NCBI GenBank assembly: GCA_043228905.1
Contig: JBHGNT010000009.1
Location: 16,740,001-16,804,000, forward strand
Origin: Azolla caroliniana
Lineage: Eukaryota; Plantae; Polypodiophyta
Direction: 5' to 3'
Length of the DNA stretch: 64,000 nt
Positions 47,401 through 56,630 of the stretch are shown here, piece by piece. Position 1 is the first letter of the stretch. The number at the start of each line of letters is the position of its first letter. The notes beneath the pieces are model-generated. The model saw nothing but the letters and a program-made list of their open reading frames with translations. It searched no databases and had not been told where the DNA came from. The position numbers and the translations under genes were made by a program.

Positions 47401-48781
47401 AGTAGCGGACGAAGACAAATGGTTAACCGAAATGCATCAGTTCCTGAGCACCGGAGTTCCCCCGGAAAACCTGGACCGAGACGAACGGAAGAGGATGGCA
47501 GTACGGAGCAGACATTTCTGCTTGGTAGGAGACACCCTCTATCACAAGGGGGCAGATGGCGTATGGAGGCGAGCAGTGCGGAGCGATGAAAAGGATCTGA
47601 TCCTGAGGGAAGCCCACTGTGGAATTGCAGGCGGGCATTATGCCGGTGAAACAACAGCCCGGAAGATATGGCAGAGCGGACTATGGTGGCCGACTACCAT
47701 GAGAGATGCCGTTAAGTATAGCAGGGAATGCGACCTGTGTCAACGACTGGGCCAACCCACGGAGCAGGCCCGGATGCCACATCACCCGGTCTTGCCATTA
47801 GAACCATTCCAAAAGTGGGGCTTGGACTTTGTCGGCCCCTTTAAGCCACCGGCAATGCGGACCGGAAATCGGTATATAATAGTGGCTACCGACTACTGCA
47901 CCAAATGGGTAGAAGCAAAGGCACTACGGGACAACACGGCGGCGTCCACGGCCAAATTTTTATATGAATGCATATGGTGTCGGTACGGATGCCCGATTGA
48001 GCTGATCAGTGACCAGGGAGGACATTTCCTCGGGCAGGTGGTGGAAAGTTTGACATCATTCTATGCGGTAGTACACAAACGAAGCACTCCCTACTACCCT
48101 CAAGCCAACGGATTAGCGGAATCAACAAACAAAACGCTACAGAACATCCTTAGAAAAATCGTCAATGAGAACCGGACCGACTGGGACACGAAGTTGCAGA
48201 GCGTGCTGTGGGCGTACCGAACGGCGTACAAGACTAGCATCCGGACGACCCCGTTCCGACTGGCATTCGGCTTGGAAGCAGTCATGCCAGTAGAATTCCA
48301 AATTCCTAGCTTAAGAATACAGGTTAAGGAGCGGTTAAGCGAGAAGGAATCCGAACGAATCCGGCTGAAGATGCTGTTAGAACTGGAAGAAAATCGAATA
48401 GCCAGCCTGCTACAGCTAGAACTAGAGCAAAGGAGGAGGAAAGCCTTTGTAGACCGACACCGGCGCGGTAACGAAAAGGAATTCGAGATCGGGAAACCGG
48501 TATTACTGTTCCAGACAAGGATGGGGAGCATGCCAGGGAAATTGCGATTTCGGTGGACCGGACCATTCTGGATCACAAAGGAGTACAATGGGTCTTACCA
48601 GCTCGGGACGTTGTCAGGAGAAGTTGTGGGCAAATGGGCAAATGGTTTTCGCCTAAAACCGTATAAGGGGCACATGCCAGCTAACCCCTTCAAGCAAGAA
48701 CCGACACCGACGCGTAACAACGACGAGGAACCGACAACAGTGCGCACCGACCCGAACACATCGGGGGGAACCGAACAATGA
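44456..48781 (+). CDS. gag-pol: Gag-(truncated protease)-RNaseH-integrase polyprotein lacking the RT catalytic domain, ~1441 aa from the first in-frame ATG
   Basis: Capsid (TLEGPAARW...QGENETV), three CX2CX4HX4C knuckles, PR start IIDGGSGVNVI fused to ADFATPLH...FQWTE, RH VFVDASD, IN PFQKWGLDFVGP / ISDQG / NGLAE, and RWTGPF. No (Y/F)xDD motif. Confidence 0.93.
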   Translation: MSRQNNDHITERGRRHAERQRRREAPQQAVDEIRSDRSFSTTLRQIAENALQFQVLQASDEGSSITSLQEAETLLQTLAGGDGDAAAFATLEADSDSGESVGSRYKSSHGNNPFESDHSATSEPEEELTLEFGDRQSPRREERIPTPPAEEPQERLSTPPAEEPQERISTPPAEEPQERIPTAPAEEPQERIPTPPAEEPQERRPTSEEPAQENQWDDTMPYPYPKYRDEPDGEAHVYAFLRTWEANHVSQRLTEAEADRSKVAEFGMTLEGPAARWHDKHLPGSFATFEALKTQFLRLFHRRVEQRELVGQFYTTRQGENETVPQFIIRFQTLHSQLARAPPEEEAKAVFLAALKDPLRAMCGIIDFSTSTMDQVIDRVLEMDNTSPFLPMGALHQALPKEEDLRFRQALQCTTCLNSGHSTVDCTLRAQCMICNSRAHTTNQCEYNLLTRQAAPVRHIEPRNRDPEEDRFRRDDRYRRERGDRYPDRRRDSYDREENRRDSYPRDRYDREENRRDSYPRDRYDRDESPEYERRREERRPGNRNFRRNQRRGFFRREERREATRNDKPVAAPENRKTEDNRRGMPLPRTWEKGESSNTHRVYCYYCRKEGHYSNQCPSKTADKQPAVNMVTAEVQQVTTRSKGKAAEWEAQEAIRKQAAQWIKEANEQGAAEVRNQNMPREEEIVQPGENPTWQALQDCQIVLPLARLLQLVPRFTADLQAAVSKPTPTPAPAFFSNPEEGPAVVDTSSPAITTIVKGKEIPGTIIDGGSGVNVISRQTCDDLADFATPLHAAVHRVPFQWTETEEAAYQALQVMLSQAPVVQPPDWSKSFHVFVDASDVAIGSVLMQLTEPKWYRPVYYASRKLSKAERNYSTTEREALGMVYSVTKYRHYLLGRKFSFHVDHSALLYLVSKAALTGKLARWTLLLQEFEFDIFHRPGVQHAVADYLSRLESGESGDGVQDEFPDAELFKVTTAPATETTVADEDKWLTEMHQFLSTGVPPENLDRDERKRMAVRSRHFCLVGDTLYHKGADGVWRRAVRSDEKDLILREAHCGIAGGHYAGETTARKIWQSGLWWPTTMRDAVKYSRECDLCQRLGQPTEQARMPHHPVLPLEPFQKWGLDFVGPFKPPAMRTGNRYIIVATDYCTKWVEAKALRDNTAASTAKFLYECIWCRYGCPIELISDQGGHFLGQVVESLTSFYAVVHKRSTPYYPQANGLAESTNKTLQNILRKIVNENRTDWDTKLQSVLWAYRTAYKTSIRTTPFRLAFGLEAVMPVEFQIPSLRIQVKERLSEKESERIRLKMLLELEENRIASLLQLELEQRRRKAFVDRHRRGNEKEFEIGKPVLLFQTRMGSMPGKLRFRWTGPFWITKEYNGSYQLGTLSGEVVGKWANGFRLKPYKGHMPANPFKQEPTPTRNNDEEPTTVRTDPNTSGGTEQ
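44874..45065 (+). repeat. In-frame 36-bp tandem repeat (QERIPTPPAEEP, ~5 copies) in the Gag N-terminus of H
   Basis: caggagcggataccaacaccacccgcggaggaaccg repeated. Confidence 0.92.
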
Positions 48782-48793
48782 TGCGGCATATGT

Positions 48794-48819
48794 AAAAAAA
48801 AAAAAAAAAAAAAAAAAAA
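48794..48819 (+). repeat. Poly(A)26 tract just after the pol stop of H
   Basis: Direct observation. Confidence 0.95.
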
Positions 48820-49224
48820 GATGATGACGTGGTGCTACGGGTAGAAAAGTCAAGACCAGAAGATCAAGAAAATCATGGTAATGATGAAGGAGGTAGTTAC
48901 AACCGTCACACGGGTGCACGAGCTATTTAAAGCACAGAACGTGGGGGCGCCGAGGTACAGGACTTAATACGTGCGTCAATTAAGGAGTCATAATGACAGA
49001 CACGTAGGAGATTCGACACACGCGGCAAAGAAACGCAAGCATGACACGCGGCAGCAAAAATAGGACATACTATTCATGACACAGCATGCGCAGGCGCCAA
49101 AAATAGGACATATTATTCGAGGCAGAGGACGTGCAGACGTCGAAATTAAAAAGTAAGATGCTAATTATGGCAGAAGATACGCACGCGCGAAAAACAGGAA
49201 AAGGCGGCTCGAGGGAAACGCCAC

Positions 49225-49232
49225 TATATAAA
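49225..49232 (+). promoter_or_regulatory. Putative internal TATA box for the accessory ORF
   Basis: CTATATAAAGG ~140 nt upstream of the ATG at 49368, preceded by several ACGT and ACGCG motifs. Confidence 0.55.
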
Positions 49233-49367
49233 GGAAGAACCGGGGAAGGGTTCACTTTTTACGAATTTTCCCACAAGCAAACGCAGGCTCATGACAGCAA
49301 GATCCGACGCGCAGAACACCTACACCCCGACCTCAGACCACAGGCAGCAGCAAACGAAGAAGAAGCG

Positions 49368-52310
49368 ATGGCACTGTCGGACGGAGCGCGACAATGGCTG
49401 ACGGAGAACGGATTAGGAGGGCTGCTGCGGGTCGCTGACGCTCCACCACACAAGGAACCAGAGCAGGCGGCAACAGCGGTGGACTTAGCAGAGGTCACTG
49501 AAGGAGCGGTACAAGCGCTCACAGGGATTTCGGAGGGAGGACTTCAAACAATAGAGCTACCCTCGAGCCAAATATTCTTCGAGTATTTCGGCGAATATTC
49601 CCTTAGCAGCAAGGCGTATCGCACACAGGGCGGAGAGAACCTGCTGTTCGGAGCGGTGGCCCGCGCCCTGATGGAGTACGGGTTCGTGAACCCTCGTCCG
49701 GCAGCCATAGCCAAATACCGAGCAGCGATCGTCATCGCGACATTCGAAGGCCTGCAGGTGGACTGGCTCCACTTCATCACCGAAGGACTAAAAGAGGCGA
49801 TCAAGCACTTGGTGGAAGGGAAGAAGCCATGGTCCGGAATATCCCAATGGTTAACAGTGTTGGTCCCACCGGTGTCTCCCATCAAGCACAAGCAAAGAAG
49901 TCGGCAGGAGACTACCCCGAAGCAAACCATGAAACGCCGACGAATCCTAGAGAAACACACTCCAAGATGGACACAGGAAGAAGAAGCGCCGCGGGAAGAA
50001 GGATCATCCCGACAGCCGCGGGAAGAGGGATTATCCCGACAGCCACGGAAAGAAGGCTCATCTCGACAACCGCGGGAAGAAGACTCATCCCGACAGCAAA
50101 GGGAGGAAGGCCCATCACGGCAGCCACAGAAACAGCAACAGCAACCGACAATGAAGAAGAAAAAGGCGGAAAAAGGCAAGGAGAAGGTGGCAAAGAAGAC
50201 CGGCAAAAGGCAAACCGACACCGAACCAGTAACGCTCGAATCGGAACCGGTACCAGTAAAGCAACCAATAATGGCACCGACGGAGGACGCTGAAACAGAG
50301 GAAGACTCATCCGAACCGATGTTAATACTACCACCCAGGCAAGGAAAGGAGAAACGAGCGACAAGACCGACCCCAACAGCGGACGGAACTCAGCAAAGGG
50401 CAAAAGAACCGCCTCCAGTAACCGGAACAGAAGCGACACAGGATGAAGGTCCGTCTGCACCAAACACGGCAGTACCGGAACCGACGGCGGCGGAGTTCGA
50501 AGAACAAAGAAAGGAACAAGCGCCGGAACAAGAGAAGAGGCCGGAGAAACAGCCGGAAAAATAGCCGGAGCTAGGCACGCCTGCTGACACCAACGAAGGC
50601 AGAACAAAGGCACAATGGCTAAGGTTGTTGTCAGAGCAGTTGTCGGGAGTAGCAGACCAGATGGAGAAAGAGGAGGAGCAAAGAGAAGAAGTGACTAGGA
50701 CGATGACTAAGGATATGGTCATGCTCCGGGCACAATTACATGAGCTGCAAGAAGAGCTAGCACAGGCAAAAGAAGGTAGCCGACAAGCACAAGATGGCAC
50801 CGAGCCGGTCGGGACATCTGAAAAGCAAGCCGAACCAGAAACGGAGAGGGCCTTGCAAACCGGCCCTGAGACCGAGAAGTTAATAGCAACTTTGAAAGAA
50901 GAATTACAGGCTCAGGAGGCATTGAGAGATAACGAAAGAGAGCAGCGGAAGTTGGCAGAAGACGACAGACGGCGAATGGAGGAAGGCCTTCGCCGAAGCA
51001 AAGCCACCAATGACCGACTACAAGAAGAAAACGGGACACTGCAAAAGGAAAAAGATAGGCTGCGCCGACGAATGGAGCAGGAAATTGAGCGGTTGCGAGA
51101 GGAACTCCGACAACAAAAGGACCGGGATGATCAGTTGCGAGCTCAGGCGAACCGACGCCTAAAACAGAAGACGGAGGAATTCGACAGACTATGTAAGGAT
51201 TATAAACAGGCCACGTCGGACATCAAGAATCAGGCAGCAACGTACGACCGACAGTTAGAAAAGCTGAAAGAGCAGCTCAAGGAAAACCGCTTGGAATTGT
51301 CCAAAGCAAGGGAGGAAGTATCGGTGGAGAAGACCTTGACGTCGGAACAAAGAAAGGAGATGGAAGTACTTCGGCAGAAAGTAGGGGAGCTGACAAAGAG
51401 CAGGAATGAGGAGAAAGTGAAGTTGACTTTCGAAATCAACAAATGGCGGAGTACCTGTGACAAGCAGAAAGTCGACTCTGAAGCTCAAGCTCAGTTAATG
51501 GCCGACATCATCAAACGGATAAGGAAGGAAAAACAAGCAGCTTCGGAACAGGCTAAAGCAGGGGTTGACCGAATTAAGTTCATCATGTCAAGCTGGAGTA
51601 CCCGAGCTCAGGCCAGCATAAATGAAAGCACGGAGAAACTCTGGAAGGAATGGGCACAACAGGCAGCTGAACTGCAGACACTCCGAGCTGATGCAGAAAA
51701 TCGGAAGAAAACTGGAGATGCGTTCTATAAAATGGACGAAGAAAGTATCGTCAACATCCGGGAAGAACTGTCGGAGGATTTCTATGCTCTAGCAGAAGAG
51801 CATCTCAAGGAAATCCGAGGGTTAGTAGAGAGGTTGGATGACGGGCAGCTCGAAACCCAACTAGAATTGGAAGGGTACGAGAAGGACCGACTGCGACAGG
51901 AAGCCGCGGGACACACAACGCCGATCTCCATTAGTGAGGGCGAGCGACCGGCTGAAGAGGACCCAACCAACATTGCACCCCGACAAGAATTACCCGAGGA
52001 AGAACTTCCGGAGCAAGAGCAGGTTGATGCCGGGGATGATGCAGAGTGGAGACAGAGAAGTACCGAATCCGGGGAGGAAAGGACACAACCAGTGGAAACC
52101 GGAGAAAGCGGTACCGGGAACGGAACGGAGGTAGAGCAGGACAGACCCGGACAGGATACAGAAGAAACACCGGTTCTACCGGTAGAAGCAGAGTCGGAGC
52201 AGCAAGATGCGGAAAGGCAGCCAATCCAATCGGACGTCGGAGACGGCACAGGCAAAACAACACTTGAAACCTCGGAGCGGAGTTTGCCTGATAATTTGGA
52301 GGAAGACTGA
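49368..52310 (+). CDS. Accessory protein of H (~980 aa: globular head, disordered linker, long coiled coil, acidic tail); one in-frame TAG at 50562-50564
   Basis: ORFs 49131-50564 and 50625-52310 are in the same frame, separated only by a TAG within a QPEK repeat. Homologous to J 57984-60755 (YFGEYSL.SK.YRTQG; IATxEG..VDW; WAQ.AAELQ.LRAD..NR). Confidence 0.85.
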
Positions 52311-52360
52311 AGCCGGCTGTGGGTTCGAAGTGCAATGCACTTTCCCACGGGCGTGCCATG

Positions 52361-52731
52361 TGTTGGCCGGTCAGAGAAGGCAAATGGGAAAGCAAGGTCG
52401 GATCGGATAAATATAGAAATAGGAATAGAATTATTAGGAGGGACGGATCCGGTAGTTGTAACCGATCCGGATCCGAACCGATTCGGTTTCGGTTAACGGT
52501 TGCTTACCGAGCACCGATTGTAATCTGGCCGGATGCCTATAAAAGGATCCGATGTTTTGTAATGAAAGCGCGAAGAATTAATATAGTTTTGCTTATGCTG
52601 ATTAATCTTGTCTTCGTCTGTGCTTAAGTGTAATTATCATACGCGTGTATTAACATCCTATCCCTACCACCCCTTTGGAGAAGTGTCGGATAGACACCTG
52701 TGTTGCGGCTAGTCCAGCCATACATACAACA
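52361..52731 (+). repeat. 3' LTR of element H
   Basis: Identical by eye to 44033-44403. Confidence 0.97.
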
Positions 52732-52736
52732 GGGAC

Positions 52737-54381
52737 AGAAGTGATCATCGAGACGGATTGCCTGCCGATTCTCGGTATGGTTTCCGGGTGCGCGACTCCG
52801 GACCTGGCGATGCTCAGGTGGATAGCGTACATCAAGTCCCTGGATCCGGAGATACGACACATTTCCGGGAAAGACAACGCCATGGCCGACATGCTTTCGA
52901 GGGCGAGGTTCGACGACGAGGGCGGCATGGTTTCGGAAGACGAAGAAGTCGGCGTGGATTTCTTCGAGGCGGCATACATAACGACCGACGGGATGAGCAC
53001 TCCGGCGCTTAACGAGTTCGACGCGAGCAAGTACGACGGGGAGTGGCTGCAGATCGGCGGGTTTTTGAAGACAATGACGCCCGATGCGTCAAGGACGAAG
53101 GACGAGGCCAACCGGATCCGGAAGAAAGCATATCGATTCTTTCTCCGAGATGGGCATTTGTGGAAGCACCCGAAGAAGAGGAACGGCGTCCCGCTCCGGG
53201 TGGTGGCGATGAAGGAAGAACAGGAGGAGCTACTGGCGGCCTACCACGACAGCCCTTGGGCTGGACACCGTGGAACGTGGGCGACATTTGAGAAGCTGAA
53301 GGGGAAGTACTGGTGGCCGGGGTTGTACCAGGACGTGCATCGGTTCGTGACAACTTGCGAGAGCTGCCAGATTCACTCCATAGTCCGACATCGAGACGAG
53401 CTTCACCCTACGTACCCTCCGGCCATCCATTTCAAATGGATGGTAGATCTGGTGACGATGCCGATGGGGGTAGGACAGATGCGGTATCTGGTCCTAGCGC
53501 GGGAAGACCTGACGAACCAGGTGGAAGGCCGAGCCCTTCAGAACAAGACGACCGCGGCCGTGTGTCGGTTCCTGATCGAGGACGTGATATGCCGGTACGG
53601 GTGCGTCGGGAAGATCGTGGCTGACCGAGGGGAGTTGGACGCCGAGGAAGCCGCGGAGCTGTTCGATCGGCTGGGAGTCAAGCTCTCGCTCACCACTGCG
53701 TACAACCCGGAGGCGAATGGAAAGGTGGAGCGCGGACACGGGCCGATCGTTAAGGCGCTGGTTCGGGCATGCGGAGGCCAAGTCGGTAACTGGCCGCGAC
53801 TTCTACCTTATGCTTTGTGGGCAGACCGGACCACGCACAGTTCGGTAACCGGGTACATGCCGACGGAGCTCATGTTCGGCCAGAAGCCGATCATGCCGAT
53901 TGAACGGACGATCTCCTCGTGGGCAACGGTCGACTGGAGGGACGAGATGAGCCGGGAGGAGTTGTTGACCGCACGTATACGACAGCTCGAGCGGAGACCG
54001 GAGGACGTGGCACTGGCTACGGAGAAGCTCCGGGTGGCGAGGACAAAGAACAAAGCCCGGTTCGACCGAACGCACCGGCTACGACCGAAGAAAATCGACG
54101 AAGGTGACTGGGTGCTCGTCTACGACAGCAGCCTCGACAACCAGCACCGAGCAACGCGGAAGTTCGCACGGAGATGGTTCGGGCCGTACACGGTACAGAG
54201 CGCCAACGACAACAGGACGTATCATCTGGCGGAGCTCGACGGTACGAGAATAGCGATACCCGTGGCCGGGAAGAGGATCAAAGCTTTCAAGAAGCGGCAC
54301 GACGACGAACCCGACCCGATTCTCCTGGACAGCAGCGACGACCGATCCGAGGCCGAGGAAGGGCCGGCAGGCGAAGAGTAG
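52737..54381 (+). CDS. pol: Pol of element G, 3' part (rest of RNase H and integrase)
   Basis: Resumes EVIIETDCLP in frame with YLIGT; HDSPWAGH..CESC, ADRGE, NGKVE and WFGPY. Confidence 0.93.
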
Positions 54382-54453
54382 AGGCGGGCCGGTTTTCTCC
54401 GTGCCAACTTAATTTGGCGCATGCCGGTGGATGCGCAGTTAGGTGGGGGCGGA

Positions 54454-55158
54454 TGTCGTGAAGAAAACCGCCCACAAGAGGAATCGGAGGAACAAGGCGT
54501 GGGAAACGGCTCTACACACACGCGCGCGCCAAGAAGTACCTAAGGACGAAGTAGGTACATACGAGGATCCTAGGTGGGTAGATTCGGTTAATGCCAAACG
54601 GCCTCTTGACGGGCTATAAAAGGAAGAGGAAGAATAGAAGTGGGGGATCTCCCGCGGAGAGGACGAAGTGCTGCCGAACCGATTTCGGAGCTTCTCTCTC
54701 ACTCCTGCTCTCTCTGTCTTCTGCTCCATCGCGTACCTGTGCAGGTTTCGAGGAGGCTCGCGCTGTTCCGTGGAACGCCCCGAGTGCGTCCTGCAGCACC
54801 TCCGACCTGTTTTCCCTTTCTGTGCGTCGCGACATACGGGGGTCGGCAGCTGTTCGCCGCCCTGTTCGTTTCATTAGTATCTATTTTGTGCCCCACCGTG
54901 GGTTGTAATACTTTAGTCTGTTATTTTCTTGCATTCGTAAGTACATATCTCTCGCTGTTGCGTCCATCTGCGTCGGCGTTTATTTGTGATCTCTGTTTGT
55001 TGGGCCGTGTCCCTGTGCAATCGTCGGTTCTGCGCAATCGGATCTTCGGTTCTGTGTAATCGGGTCTCTCTCTCTTACTCCTCTCTCTCTTGCTCTTCGG
55101 TTCGAGACCCCCGTGGTCCCTCCTCCTTTCTACACGCAAGGGCGTAGAAACCCCGACA
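54454..55158 (+). repeat. 3' LTR of element G
   Basis: Direct repeat of 39315-40019, preceded by AGGTGGGGGCGGA. Confidence 0.97.
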
Positions 55159-55162
55159 ACGC

Positions 55163-56143
55163 GGAAGACATAGAAACCGTAGTCCCAAGAACCGGGAGAA
55201 GTCAGGGACCCGGTGAAAGTCAAGGGGGAGACCTACTTGCTTCTATTGCGGCAAGCCGGGACACTTCCAGAAGAACTGTCGGCATTTCCGGAAAGACAAG
55301 GAAACCGACGGTACCGATTCGAAGTGGACACTGGACCGGAATGGTAAAGGCCGGAGGGGGCCGGACCGGAAGGGGACGACGGCAATCGCGGCAAGTGAAG
55401 AAGAGCTGATGCTCATCACCGAGGAGAGTGAGATAAACCTTGCCGGCGACGAGATGACCTGGGTGGTAGACTCCGGAGCGTCGTTCCACCTTACCCCGGA
55501 CCGGAAATGCTTCTCATCCTACTCAGCCGGTGATCACGGCTATGTCTGGATGGGGAATGAAGGTACATGCCGAATTGTCGGCATAGGAGACGTGTGACTG
55601 ACAACACCAACCGGATGCAAGTTGCTGTTGAAGGATGTTCGACACGTTCCAGAGGTTCGTCTGAACCTGATATCAGCCGGTCGGCTAGATGATGAAGGCT
55701 ACACGGGTAGCATCCGGAACGGTGTCATGAAGTTCAGCAAAGGGAGCTTGATTGTGGCTCGGGCCCGGAAGGTCAACACGTTGTACCTGATGAACGCCCG
55801 GTTATGTCCAGAAGAAGTGAACGTGGCATCTGACACTACCGGTGAGCTGTGGCACAAGAGGTTGTGTCATATGAGCGAGAAGGGGATGAAGAGGCTTGCA
55901 TACGACAACCTCATTCCAGTGAAGAACGTGCACTTGGAGAAGTGCACTGATTGTCTGGCCGGTAAGCAAAACCGGACCTCCTTCCGACCAAGGCCACCGA
56001 TGAGACGTAATGCACCACTGGAGTTGGTGCATACGGATGTGTGTCAAGTAGACACGAAGTCACATGCTGGAGCGCAGTACTTCGTGACATTCATAGATGA
56101 CCACAGTTGGAAGCGGTGGGCCACACCGTTGAAGACGAAGGAT
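55163..56143 (+). pseudogene. gag-pol: Element I middle piece: gag zinc knuckle, protease and integrase N-terminus
   Basis: CFYCGKPGHFQKNC (~55238), WVVDSGASFH, LWHKRLCHMSEKG and LVHTDVC. Confidence 0.92.
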
Positions 56144-56577
56144 TGTTACCGGCCGGCAAAGGAGTCCAGAGTGGGAAACGGAGAGCTAATTAAGTAGTAG
56201 GAATGTGGTTGTAATTAAGCTATGAGTGTGGACGGACGGACCGGAATCGGTATGCCGTTCCGGATCCGGACCGATCCCGAACAGGTGCGGATGGCACCGT
56301 TTTGTAATACAGACCGGAAACTTATTTAAAGGCCCGGATACAATGTAATAGTTAGCGGTTAATTAATGAAAGCTTAAGCGTTGTTATCTCTCTGTGTTAA
56401 TTGCCGTTCTGTCGTAATTGTTATATATTACGCGTGTTATGAAAGACGATCCTAATAAGTAACTTAATTAAGTCGGATTAAGCGTTGAAGTCTAATCCGG
56501 TTGCCGTAACACCCTTTGGTGAAGTGTCTCCCGTAGACACCCTGTGTTAGGCCATTGTTCGGCCCGAAGAGTTAACA
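56144..56577 (+). repeat. 5' LTR of element J
   Basis: TGTTA...TAACA; direct repeat of 60810-61243. Confidence 0.96.
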
Positions 56578-56630
56578 CAGTTTTTGGTGACCACGATTCC
56601 TGTTTTTGAAGCGAACGACGGCACGGATGG

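Larger units (their letters stand above)
44033..52731 (+). mobile_element. Element H: non-autonomous (RT-less) Athila/Tat-like Ty3/gypsy with a large 3' accessory ORF
   Basis: 371-bp LTRs at 44033-44403 and 52361-52731, identical by eye; 5-bp TSD GGGAC at 44028-44032 and 52732-52736; PBS TGGCGACCAC at 44410. Confidence 0.96.
39315..55158 (+). mobile_element. Element G: young full-length gypsy (E/F family), apparently intact except for insertion of H
   Basis: 705-bp LTRs at 39315-40019 and 54454-55158 (~3 differences by eye); 4-bp TSD ACGC at 39311-39314 and 55159-55162; tRNA-Trp PBS at 40023-40040. Confidence 0.97.

Noticed and set aside
48794-48819. Poly(A) tail of a retroposed insert
   Set aside because: No flanking target duplication or separate insert is visible; it is treated as an internal homopolymer of H.
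50562-50564. Programmed stop-codon readthrough in the accessory ORF
   Set aside because: The TAG falls in a CAG-CCG-GAx repeat (C>T), and J has its TAG at a different position (59688), so it is not conserved.
49368-52310. Calling the accessory ORF env
   Set aside because: No signal peptide or transmembrane segment is visible; the protein is highly charged and coiled-coil.
50625-52310. Host myosin/SMC-like coiled-coil gene
   Set aside because: Intronless, enclosed by LTRs in two related elements, and lacking ATPase or motor motifs.
52318-52332. GGTTCGA as a tRNA/SINE B-box
   Set aside because: No A-box or cloverleaf is present, and J has GATTCGA; better explained as part of the pre-LTR hairpin.
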